IMG/VR virus record: IMGVR_UViG_3300028103_000021
Span: 1 to 55,739 of that record
From: a virus
Lineage: Duplodnaviria > Caudoviricetes
Strand: one strand, 5' to 3'
DNA: 55,739 nucleotides
Shown here: in pieces, positions 42,033 to 50,407 of the stretch
Layout: each line of letters opens with the position of its first letter
Position numbering within the stretch: position 1 is the stretch's first letter
The notes under the pieces: model-generated
Told to the model about the DNA's origin: nothing
Seen by the model: the letters and a program-made list of their open reading frames with translations, nothing else
Database searches by the model: none
Translations under genes and position numbers: made by a program

Positions 42033-42596
42033 TTATTCCAAGTATTTTGGAGTTATTCCTGTAGTGCATCCATCTATATATGATACACCACAAAAATCTG
42101 CTAATTGATTTGCAATCTGATTAGTATTTTGCATCAAATCTGAATAATTTATAGTTATTTTTTTACCATTAAAAGAATTGAATATATTTTGACAAATTTC
42201 ATGCTGTTTTTCTATGGTATCTGGATTAGCTTGTCTACCAAGTAAAGAAACATATTCTTGATAAGATTTTTCTATATTTCTCATAGACCATATTAAACCA
42301 ATGTTTAAATCACAATCATTAATTAATTTTGCAAAAACACCTTTTCTTAAAAGATCAAAAGATCTTATTCCCATTTTATTAAAAACGCAGCTTTCTTTTT
42401 TTAATTTCCAATATGTAGATGTATTTAATGAAATATAATTTGAAAATTTATCATTAAAACTACCAGTTGGATACCACAATGCATTATCAGATTGTGGACT
42501 TTTTTCAGACATACTTATGCCCAAAGAACTAATTATTTTTGATATAACGCTAGTTCCAGATCTATATGTTCCTAAAACTATATAACAATCGTTCAT
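42033..42596 (-). CDS. Sulfotransferase-family protein
   Basis: N-terminal IVLGTYRSGTSVI matches the PAPS 5'-phosphosulfate-binding loop (G..RSGTS). SMRNIEKSYQE and INYSDLMQN...LADFCG match the 3'-PB and C-terminal pattern. Confidence 0.75.
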   Translation of the reverse strand: MNDCYIVLGTYRSGTSVISKIISSLGISMSEKSPQSDNALWYPTGSFNDKFSNYISLNTSTYWKLKKESCVFNKMGIRSFDLLRKGVFAKLINDCDLNIGLIWSMRNIEKSYQEYVSLLGRQANPDTIEKQHEICQNIFNSFNGKKITINYSDLMQNTNQIANQLADFCGVSYIDGCTTGITPKYLE

Positions 42597-43519
42597 TCTA
42601 AATCCTCATTTCTATCATTAAAAAATTTATTAATATCTTTTAGTAAATTACTATTTCCGACATATCTATATATACCCTGTTCTATAGCAAGATCTTTTTG
42701 CAATGAAAAATCATTATTATCTAATAAATCAAATCTAGATGCATATTGTCTATCTATTTTATTTCCATGATTAAGATGAAAAACCGGCTGATCTATATAA
42801 TCAATATCAATATTGTTTTTGGGCAAAGTTAATAAATCGTCAATAAAGTTGTTTTTAAATTTTTTATACTTTATAAATGGTATACTTTTTGTTTCTTCTA
42901 AATCTAACCACTTGATTATATTTATTGTGTCTCCTCCGCCAACTATGCATTTATCATATAGAGGGTTATTTAATAATGTTTCTTTTTTGGTTATCCAAGC
43001 TATACCTGGATTTCCATAAACAAAGTCTTCTGAAAATAGCGTTTTTTTATAACCATCTTTTCCGCCAGAAACAACGACTTGTTTTGAAATAGAATCGTGT
43101 TTAAATGTATAAAATCCATTGTATTTAGTATGATTTCTAGGTAAATAATGAACAGAAGAGAACGGTTGAATAAATAAGTTTTCTTTATTATCAATTTTTT
43201 GTTTTGCTTGTTCTATCCAGTCTTCTTCTGAAAAAAGAATATCTCCATCAATAAAAGAAACATATTTTATATCATCCGTTAATTTTTGACAAACATAATT
43301 AATAACCCTTTCCTTCTGCCATAATAACTGATCTGTTTGAAATTTTATAGTTCCTGGAAATGGCAAATCAAAACTACCATTTGTAGAAATTTCTATCGGT
43401 ATAATTATAGCATTATATTTTGATAGATTATTATGACATATATAAAAATTATTTAATAAGGATTTTCTTTTATAATGATTCCAATAATACATTATTATTG
43501 CAACATCATTATTTATCAT
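42593..43519 (-). CDS. Glycosyltransferase (GT-A fold)
   Basis: LWQKERVIN, DxD motif YVSFIDGDILF, GNPGIAW, GGGD and VFHLNHG. Confidence 0.7.
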   Translation of the reverse strand: MINNDVAIIMYYWNHYKRKSLLNNFYICHNNLSKYNAIIIPIEISTNGSFDLPFPGTIKFQTDQLLWQKERVINYVCQKLTDDIKYVSFIDGDILFSEEDWIEQAKQKIDNKENLFIQPFSSVHYLPRNHTKYNGFYTFKHDSISKQVVVSGGKDGYKKTLFSEDFVYGNPGIAWITKKETLLNNPLYDKCIVGGGDTINIIKWLDLEETKSIPFIKYKKFKNNFIDDLLTLPKNNIDIDYIDQPVFHLNHGNKIDRQYASRFDLLDNNDFSLQKDLAIEQGIYRYVGNSNLLKDINKFFNDRNEDLE

Positions 43520-44517
43520 ACTTTAACCTTTATATTTGAAGTGTAGTTTTGTAATGATATATTCATAACTTGAGCTTCTTGCAAAGAAATACTTCTGTTA
43601 AGAAACACGCTAAAAGGGAAATAAGCTAAGTATCTTGTTTTAATTGAATTTTCTATGTCTTGATGAGTTGAGTATACAACCGCATAATTTTCATTGTCTG
43701 GAATAAAGTTATCATCAACAAAAGTAACTCTATCCTCAAGACCAAATCTTTGTAACCAAATTTTATTATCTATAAAATCAATTTTATTTTTTGGTTTATA
43801 AGAAATAACTTTACATCCAGCTTGTGCTAATATTAACAAATCTGCTGCGGAAGAACCAATGTATATAATATTATTATTAACTATCAAACTGGCTAAATCT
43901 ATATAGTCATTATTAAAACTTCTATTTGGAACACCGTCAGGAAACACTATTGGAAATTCTAAAAATTGATGTTCAAGTTTTATATTATCTGTTGCTAAAT
44001 TAACTTTCGGCCAAAAACAAACAGTATTACAAAATTTTAAAAATTGATTTAATGTTTGAATTATTGAATTTCTATCATGTACTTTTTTAATAAACTTTTT
44101 TAAATGCCTTGAAGAGATTAAAAATGGGCCGGTCGTAGTTTCTTCTATATATGAAGTAGTTGAGTATTCTGATGATTTACTTTCTGGCATTGGACCATTA
44201 CATATTTTTAAAACAGCCAAATCAACTTGATATCTAAGCAACGGTTTCCAAGTTGATAAATTGTTATAAACATGCGGAGATAGCTTTTGAGAATTTTCTA
44301 CAAAAATAAAGTATTCGTAAGAATCTAGCAAAGATGCTTGCTCTAAAAAACTATAAAAATATGAATTTCTATTTTCTTTTTCAAGAGATACAACTTTTCC
44401 GACAAAATCTGTATAATTTACATTGCTTGGAAATAATTTATTTTGAAAGCAAACTAAATTTGTTAAGGGTTTTGTTCCAACTCTAAATTCTGTTGATCTA
44501 GCATTACATACTGCCAT
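43516..44517 (-). CDS. Hypothetical protein; possible degenerate GT plus SAM-methyltransferase-like C-terminus
   Basis: 333 aa, GGAGG RBS. IIYIGSSAADLLILAQAGCKVISY resembles methyltransferase motif I but is non-canonical. Confidence 0.4.
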   Translation of the reverse strand: MAVCNARSTEFRVGTKPLTNLVCFQNKLFPSNVNYTDFVGKVVSLEKENRNSYFYSFLEQASLLDSYEYFIFVENSQKLSPHVYNNLSTWKPLLRYQVDLAVLKICNGPMPESKSSEYSTTSYIEETTTGPFLISSRHLKKFIKKVHDRNSIIQTLNQFLKFCNTVCFWPKVNLATDNIKLEHQFLEFPIVFPDGVPNRSFNNDYIDLASLIVNNNIIYIGSSAADLLILAQAGCKVISYKPKNKIDFIDNKIWLQRFGLEDRVTFVDDNFIPDNENYAVVYSTHQDIENSIKTRYLAYFPFSVFLNRSISLQEAQVMNISLQNYTSNIKVKV

Positions 44518-44563
44518 GTTTTCCTCCTAAAAATATATTATAGGAAGAAATCGGGAATGCAAT

Positions 44564-44596
44564 AAAAAAAGGCAGAGCTTTCGCCCTGCCCTTTTT
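44564..44596 (-). terminator. Intrinsic (possibly bidirectional) terminator after the capsid gene
   Basis: Minus strand GGCAGGGC-GAAA-GCTCTGCC followed by TTTTTTT; A/T runs on both sides. Confidence 0.85.
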
Positions 44597-44614
44597 ATTT
44601 TTATATAGGTCTTA

Positions 44615-45604
44615 TTAGAAACCGCCCAAGAGTACACGGCGGTTATCGAGAACAGCGAAACCGTGTTCACCAAAACCGTACATACCCATCCTACGCTGAC
44701 GATGGAAAGTAGGATCTTCAAAGATCTCGATTTCCTGACGAACAGGCATAACGAAGCTGTCACGCTTCTCAAGGTCAAGACCAACGACCAACTCGCTCTT
44801 GCCAGACAGAGAGCCAGACAAGGTAGAGGTGTAGTAAAGCTGGTATTCCTGACCAACACCAAGTTCATCAATCTCATGAAGATTTACGCCGAAAACCTGA
44901 GATAAACCACCTTCCTGAGAAACAAAAATTTCTCGGCGGGTGAAGTCATCAACTTCGTTAATATCCCAAGTGCGAATATCTTCCATAGCTTCTGGAGATA
45001 CATACAGATCGGTAAGCTTTCCACGATTAATGGAAGTGCTGTTACCACCAGCATTCCTACGCATCACGGTCTTCATCAAGGCAATAAGCCTCTTGCTGAA
45101 GTAACCAGCGGTAGCAACGCTGTCAGTCACAAGAAGGTTCCTACCTTTACCAGCAGCGATGATTACATGCCAACCATCATTATTGTTCTTGCGGGTAAAA
45201 GAAGCTTCAAGGGTCTGCATTGCACGACCAACAATATCCCAACGAGCATCACGAAGATACTTAAGGGAGAAGTCGATGGAAGCACCAACTTCATAGGTCT
45301 GTACAGTCAGATAATCGCCTTCAACATGGCGTTCTGGAATACGACCTTGGGAAGGAATGGTGTAAGCGATGAAGTCCTTCTCAGAACCTGGAGACAGGAA
45401 ATCGAGAGGGAATTCAACAGCAGTACCTGGCTGGAAAACAACCTGTTCAAAGATGTTTCCAAGAATATCGCCCTTCAAAACGCCTTGGCGCAAAGGAAGG
45501 GTAAGAGCCTTGGCAAGTTCCTTCTGAGCAGCTACAGCAACTTCATAATTGTTGCTACCAGCCTGTTCAGCAAGTTTAACCATTTCTGGAGTTGGGGTCT
45601 TCAT
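44615..45604 (-). CDS. Major capsid protein (HK97-like fold)
   Basis: 329 aa, GAGGAG RBS, raised GC, followed by a terminator, in the portal-protease-decoration-MCP order. Confidence 0.85.
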   Translation of the reverse strand: MKTPTPEMVKLAEQAGSNNYEVAVAAQKELAKALTLPLRQGVLKGDILGNIFEQVVFQPGTAVEFPLDFLSPGSEKDFIAYTIPSQGRIPERHVEGDYLTVQTYEVGASIDFSLKYLRDARWDIVGRAMQTLEASFTRKNNNDGWHVIIAAGKGRNLLVTDSVATAGYFSKRLIALMKTVMRRNAGGNSTSINRGKLTDLYVSPEAMEDIRTWDINEVDDFTRREIFVSQEGGLSQVFGVNLHEIDELGVGQEYQLYYTSTLSGSLSGKSELVVGLDLEKRDSFVMPVRQEIEIFEDPTFHRQRRMGMYGFGEHGFAVLDNRRVLLGGF

Positions 45605-45625
45605 GGTATTAGTTTCTCCTCTTTA

Positions 45626-46087
45626 TTATACGATTGGAAGGTCAATGAATACTTTTGCATACCCATCAGAATCAACTCCACCAAGGAATTGACCGACCTT
45701 TGGAGTTCCAGAGGTCTGAGTATCGGTTAGCAAACCATTAGCTGCCAAATAAGCGGATTCGCCAGCTGCTGGAGAAACCCCAGAAGCGATCTTATCAGTA
45801 ACAACCCATCCCTTCGTAAGAAGAGGAACTTTTTCGCCAACCAACTGTTCATCTTTGTGCCAGTTGCGATGCTGACGAGTAATGTCGATGGACACTACAT
45901 CTGCCAAGCAAAGACCAGCTGGAACAAGGCCGGAAGGATTAGATGCCCTAGTTACGGTAGCTACATCATCAGCCAAAGCACCGGAACCGGAAACGCCGAA
46001 TACCAATACTTCGCCCTTTTCAATTTCGATATTGCAAAGATTGCTAATATCGGTAACAACAATGTTGCGATCTGGTTTAAGAGCCAT
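45626..46087 (-). CDS. Head decoration/cement protein
   Basis: 153 aa between scaffold and MCP; KVPLLTKGWVVTD...AYLAANGLLT...VGQFLG is a beta-clip-like pattern. Confidence 0.65.
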   Translation of the reverse strand: MALKPDRNIVVTDISNLCNIEIEKGEVLVFGVSGSGALADDVATVTRASNPSGLVPAGLCLADVVSIDITRQHRNWHKDEQLVGEKVPLLTKGWVVTDKIASGVSPAAGESAYLAANGLLTDTQTSGTPKVGQFLGGVDSDGYAKVFIDLPIV

Positions 46088-46101
46088 GAGAATGTTTCTC
46101 C

Positions 46102-46737
46102 TTATTCTTCGTTCTTGCCAAGGTTTTCAGTTTCAACACCAAGATAGGCAGCGATTTGAGAAGCGACTGTCTGAATTGGATCTGCATCATTTGCAGGAAC
46201 ATTCAAAGCAGCTTCTTCCTTAACTTCTGCGTTATCTAAAACTTCTTCAGTTGCGACTACTTCTGCATTGTCCTCTTCTGCCATTACAGTTCTAGGACAA
46301 GAGCAAGTCTCTTCTTTTTCCATTTCTGGATTTGGCATCATTTCAGCTGTTTTCTTAAGCATCATGAGTTCTTCATTCAGCTTTTTAGCAGCAGCTTCAT
46401 ATTCAGCCATTTTCATAGAAAGATAATCACTCTGTTTGGCAATAACGCCAGCAAATGACTCATCTTCAAGGTTGTTCATGAATGACACAATGCCTTCTGC
46501 TTCTGCCTTGGACATGCCAAGCTTTTCAGAAACAAGAGCAATGCGATCACTCTTTTTCTTCTCTTCTTTCATCTTCTGCAATTCTTCAGTAGCTTTGGTA
46601 AGCTCCTGCTGCATAAGATTTGCCTTGGCAACAGCTTCAGAAAGTTCAGTCTCTAGTTTGGCTGTATTTTCAACAGCGACTTCAACCTTCTTTTCCATTT
46701 CAGCTGCCTCGGTCTTTTCGACAATCTGTTCAGACAT
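46102..46737 (-). CDS. Nested in-frame scaffold protein (internal start)
   Basis: TAAGGAGAATTTTTCAATG gives a strong RBS before MSEQIVEK, exactly at the protease/coiled-coil boundary. Confidence 0.65.
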   Translation of the reverse strand: MSEQIVEKTEAAEMEKKVEVAVENTAKLETELSEAVAKANLMQQELTKATEELQKMKEEKKKSDRIALVSEKLGMSKAEAEGIVSFMNNLEDESFAGVIAKQSDYLSMKMAEYEAAAKKLNEELMMLKKTAEMMPNPEMEKEETCSCPRTVMAEEDNAEVVATEEVLDNAEVKEEAALNVPANDADPIQTVASQIAAYLGVETENLGKNEE

Positions 46738-47538
46738 TGAAAAATTCTCCTTAACTTCTGGAGTCTCAAGACTTTCATACCCCAAATCAACTATTTTTGC
46801 TTCGGTTTGTAGTATAACGCTATCTGGGTTGGCTGGTTTACGAACTAAGCCCTTTCCAGAAAATATTATATTTCTTAAAACACGGCCTATCTTTTGATTT
46901 CCGTAAACACCAGTTCCGCCATATGATCTTAAATACTTTGTTAAAAATGAGGTAGCCTCATTTCTTGCTATAATTCTGGTTTTTTTACCATCAGTCATAG
47001 CATAATCAAAGTTGCTAAACAAAGCTTCCATCGACACAAACCAAGTGCCATTAGGGATTTGCGTAATTATATCATTAATCTGCAATTTCTTTTCTTGATT
47101 TTCCCATTCTTTATAAATTACAGCAGATGTAACAATATTGTAATTTTCTGGAGGAGTATCAGAAGTTATAGGCGAACCATTTTCATCAACTGGATAACAA
47201 CCAGTAATGTGACCAATGATAATGTCTTGATTGTGTTCAAGATTAAATGGTTTATCTTCTGGCGTACTTCTAGCTTTCCACATTTCCTCTGCATCAAAAA
47301 CATCATCGTTCTTATTCCAGCCTGTACTTACCAAAATAGACTTTAAATAAAATAAGTCTTCTTGGTTTTTATTTTCTGCTTTTGCTATTTCAGCTATTGT
47401 TTTATTAAACTTGTTATTAATAAATAGCTGTTCATCAACAGATGATTCCGAAGCTACCATATCAAAAGCTATGGAATTACTAGCTTTTACAAATTCGGAA
47501 ACACCGTCTTCAATTTCTGTCTTGAATGGTTCAATCAT
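46102..47538 (-). CDS. Prohead protease fused to a C-terminal scaffold domain
   Basis: Likely start MIEPFK at 47538 with GAGGTG RBS. Protease motifs WNKNDDVF, PFNLEH, IIGHI, VSMEALF and FSGKGLVRKPANPDS, followed by an acidic coiled-coil. Confidence 0.8.
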   Translation of the reverse strand: MIEPFKTEIEDGVSEFVKASNSIAFDMVASESSVDEQLFINNKFNKTIAEIAKAENKNQEDLFYLKSILVSTGWNKNDDVFDAEEMWKARSTPEDKPFNLEHNQDIIIGHITGCYPVDENGSPITSDTPPENYNIVTSAVIYKEWENQEKKLQINDIITQIPNGTWFVSMEALFSNFDYAMTDGKKTRIIARNEATSFLTKYLRSYGGTGVYGNQKIGRVLRNIIFSGKGLVRKPANPDSVILQTEAKIVDLGYESLETPEVKENFSMSEQIVEKTEAAEMEKKVEVAVENTAKLETELSEAVAKANLMQQELTKATEELQKMKEEKKKSDRIALVSEKLGMSKAEAEGIVSFMNNLEDESFAGVIAKQSDYLSMKMAEYEAAAKKLNEELMMLKKTAEMMPNPEMEKEETCSCPRTVMAEEDNAEVVATEEVLDNAEVKEEAALNVPANDADPIQTVASQIAAYLGVETENLGKNEE

Positions 47539-47542
47539 AGTG

Positions 47543-48292
47543 TCACCTCTTTTTAAGAAATACACCAAACCAATTGAGTATTCTTTTATACAATGGAACA
47601 TAACCGCTTATGCACAAAGAAATTGTATCTATTTGAATTTGAGGTTTGTCTGCAAACTGAGCTAAAAACTCAGATGTATTTTTTGAATCAAAATAAAAAT
47701 TATCAAAAAATCCATTAACTTTCACTTTTTTTAAATTATTATAATTCAAACTTTTTGGCCAAGCAGCTTCTAAAACATCTGGGTTATTATTATTTATTAA
47801 TGGTGGCCAAACATCTTGATTAGATGTAACTGCAAAAACAGCAGTTTTCCATGCGTTTAACATTTCTGAATTCCACTTAAAAACAGAAGCATCAAAACCT
47901 TGGTTAATTTGTTTTTCAAAAATATTATAAGCCATAGGACTTACTTTAGTGTCTGTGGCATGAACAATTACAAAACAGTCATTTCCGTTTTCATCAAAAA
48001 TAATTGGTAACGCTTTTCTAAAATTAATACTTTCATAAAAACTTGTACTTCCTGTTTTGTCTACTGTATTTCTATAAATAACTTTATGTATTAAATTATT
48101 TTTTTGTAATTCATCTAAAATCCATTTTTTGGAAATCTCTGGGTCTGCCCATAAAACATAAATAATAGGATGGTGTTTAAAGAAAACTCTACATCTATAA
48201 ATATGCTGAACATTATCTATTAGTTCATGATATCTGCGATGAAGAGTTATCAATATTATCGGTTTTTTGTAATCCGATTGTGTGCATCGCAT
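47543..48292 (-). CDS. Hypothetical protein, possibly GT-A-like
   Basis: 249 aa AT-rich ORF between portal and protease. IILITLHRRYHEL...FVIVHATD weakly resembles GT2; the start overlaps the portal end and is uncertain. Confidence 0.45.
   Translation of the reverse strand: MRCTQSDYKKPIILITLHRRYHELIDNVQHIYRCRVFFKHHPIIYVLWADPEISKKWILDELQKNNLIHKVIYRNTVDKTGSTSFYESINFRKALPIIFDENGNDCFVIVHATDTKVSPMAYNIFEKQINQGFDASVFKWNSEMLNAWKTAVFAVTSNQDVWPPLINNNNPDVLEAAWPKSLNYNNLKKVKVNGFFDNFYFDSKNTSEFLAQFADKPQIQIDTISLCISGYVPLYKRILNWFGVFLKKR
47561..47566 (-). promoter_or_regulatory. GGTGTA motif (candidate late promoter core)
   Basis: TTGGTGTATTTCTTAAAAAGAGG just upstream of the protease start, inside the 3' end of the upstream ORF. 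Confidence 0.5.
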
Positions 48293-50366
48293 ATACAGAA
48301 GCCTGTATTTTTCTAGTTATTTCTGATGTTGGTAAATTGCCAGTTTTTTCTAAATACTTAGCCATACAAGTTTTAAAGAAGTCTTCTACATCAGTAGGTA
48401 TTTCAAGTTTCTCTTTTAATGAATTAAAAATAAAAGTCTTACTAATTTTTTGATCTGGTTCTGTTTTGCATAATAGAGCAAACTTAATATGTTCAAACTC
48501 ATTTATTTGTGCAACAGAAAGATCTCTTAGTGTTTTCTTGTTTATACTCTTTAAATAAGCTGGCTGGACTATTTCTGCTATAGTCTTTTGTGTTTGCTCT
48601 GCCCAATTAAGCCTATCTATAAAATCAGATGCCATAGCTGGCTTAATCACTTTTCTTTTTCTTGGCAAGCTATCAGTTTTTCCGAGAGGTCTTCCCTGTC
48701 CAGATTCACCTTTTGGTTGCTCATCATTTTGATTAGTTGGATTTTGCGCCGGAGCTATAGAAGATGCCGGAGCTTTTATGCCAAAATATTCTGGTGGCAA
48801 AATTCCAAGTTGTGTAAATATTTTTTCAACAGCTTCTTTATGCTGCGGACTATGGAAAGGAGATGCCTTTGGAGGTAGCATATCTTGTTTTCTATAATCT
48901 CTTTCTCTTCTAAGTCGAACACTTTCAATTTCTGGTATAAGATTAAATCTTTCTTGAACCGCTTCCTCACTAATAAGATCTCTATCGGCAAGTTCAATCA
49001 ACAATCTCTTTTCTGCTGCTTCATCTGATAAAGTTTGATGGTCAAATACTATTTGGGCTGGTGCTTTAAATCCCATAGCCATTTGAACAAGCTTTACTTC
49101 TTTTTCCCAAAATTCAGCAACTACATCACGGCCATATTGAAGTCTTTCTATAAGAGTTCTCAAACTTATATAATTATTTGAAAAGCCAGATCCTCCTGGC
49201 AAACCAGTAAGTGATGGCGGAATACCAAGTCCGGCATAAATAGAATTTAAAATAGGCTTATATTTTTCTTCGCCTAAAAAATTAACTAAATCAGTTTTAG
49301 TTTCAACAACATCAATTTCTGGACCCCAAATAAGATCCATGCTTCCGCCACCGACATTATTTAATAGCATGTCAGCAAGACGATTAATTGCTTCTTCGGT
49401 TGGCAAAATACGATGTTCAAGCGATCCAAGCTTCCAAAGTCTGATATGGCTAATAGCTCCATCTAAAGCTGCTAAATCAGCTAATTTCATTTTTTCCAAC
49501 ATTTGCAAATCTTTTAGCAAAGCATATAACATCGGCTTTGCCCATACTTGCCAATCATCACGCTTGTAGTATAAAGCTACAGTTTTATTTACATCTAACG
49601 GAATTAAAAATCCGCCACGAACTGCATAATCATCCATTTCACTAGGTAATGATTTTACAATTTCTTTTTCTATATCGGATTTTGGATTTTTTATTTTTCT
49701 AGAAAAACTTTCTGTTAATCTAACGCCAAATCTAAAAGCTTTTGGGCCAATAAATGGAGCTACTTCTTCGCCATAAACCTCTATTGTTGTTGGATTATAT
49801 ATAGTATATTCCCAAGGAACTTGTGACTGTTTTGGTTTTTTAATAAAATTCTTTTTTGTTTCAGCTGCCATACCCTTTTGGATAATGTCTATTTCTTCTG
49901 GTTTTAATATGGCGTTTGCTCTTTTAATAATTACATTTCCTGCACGATATAAAAGATTTAGTATTCTTTCAGTTCTTTCTTTACCTCTAATTTTCTTGAA
50001 CCACTCTTTATAAAACTTTTCTATTTTTTGGTTTGGGTGAACCAAGTCAATTCCTTGGCAAGCAAATTCGCTCATCATATCTACAGTATTGCGAACAATG
50101 CCTATTCTTTCATAAGCTTGCATACAGGCCGTCATTATTTCTTTATCACGGACTGGTATTTGTTCATTTGGCCTAAAAAAGTCGTAATCCCTACGATCAA
50201 AGCCTTCACGAACAGAAATGTTTGGAGATTCAATGTTTTTATAACTACTTGTACCAACAGTCTTCTTAACTGCTTGGCCATTATTATTGCTCTTAGCAAT
50301 GGCTTTTTCTTTAGATTCTAAGTTATTTTCTTCCCAAGTAACGAATAAGTCTTTTTTATCGCTCAT
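48225..50366 (-). CDS. Portal protein
   Basis: 713 aa directly after TerL; AYERIGIVRNTVDMMSEF, IYAGLGIPPSLTG and the C-terminal GQGRP motif. Confidence 0.85.
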   Translation of the reverse strand: MSDKKDLFVTWEENNLESKEKAIAKSNNNGQAVKKTVGTSSYKNIESPNISVREGFDRRDYDFFRPNEQIPVRDKEIMTACMQAYERIGIVRNTVDMMSEFACQGIDLVHPNQKIEKFYKEWFKKIRGKERTERILNLLYRAGNVIIKRANAILKPEEIDIIQKGMAAETKKNFIKKPKQSQVPWEYTIYNPTTIEVYGEEVAPFIGPKAFRFGVRLTESFSRKIKNPKSDIEKEIVKSLPSEMDDYAVRGGFLIPLDVNKTVALYYKRDDWQVWAKPMLYALLKDLQMLEKMKLADLAALDGAISHIRLWKLGSLEHRILPTEEAINRLADMLLNNVGGGSMDLIWGPEIDVVETKTDLVNFLGEEKYKPILNSIYAGLGIPPSLTGLPGGSGFSNNYISLRTLIERLQYGRDVVAEFWEKEVKLVQMAMGFKAPAQIVFDHQTLSDEAAEKRLLIELADRDLISEEAVQERFNLIPEIESVRLRRERDYRKQDMLPPKASPFHSPQHKEAVEKIFTQLGILPPEYFGIKAPASSIAPAQNPTNQNDEQPKGESGQGRPLGKTDSLPRKRKVIKPAMASDFIDRLNWAEQTQKTIAEIVQPAYLKSINKKTLRDLSVAQINEFEHIKFALLCKTEPDQKISKTFIFNSLKEKLEIPTDVEDFFKTCMAKYLEKTGNLPTSEITRKIQASVYAMHTIGLQKTDNIDNSSSQIS

Positions 50367-50407
50367 GTTTATCCTGCTTATTAAATTGTAATTAGATCAT
50401 AATTGAA

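Noticed and set aside
44527-47665. Antisense and off-frame ORFs over the capsid, decoration and protease genes
   Set aside because: They overlap well-supported genes; raised GC reduces chance stops.
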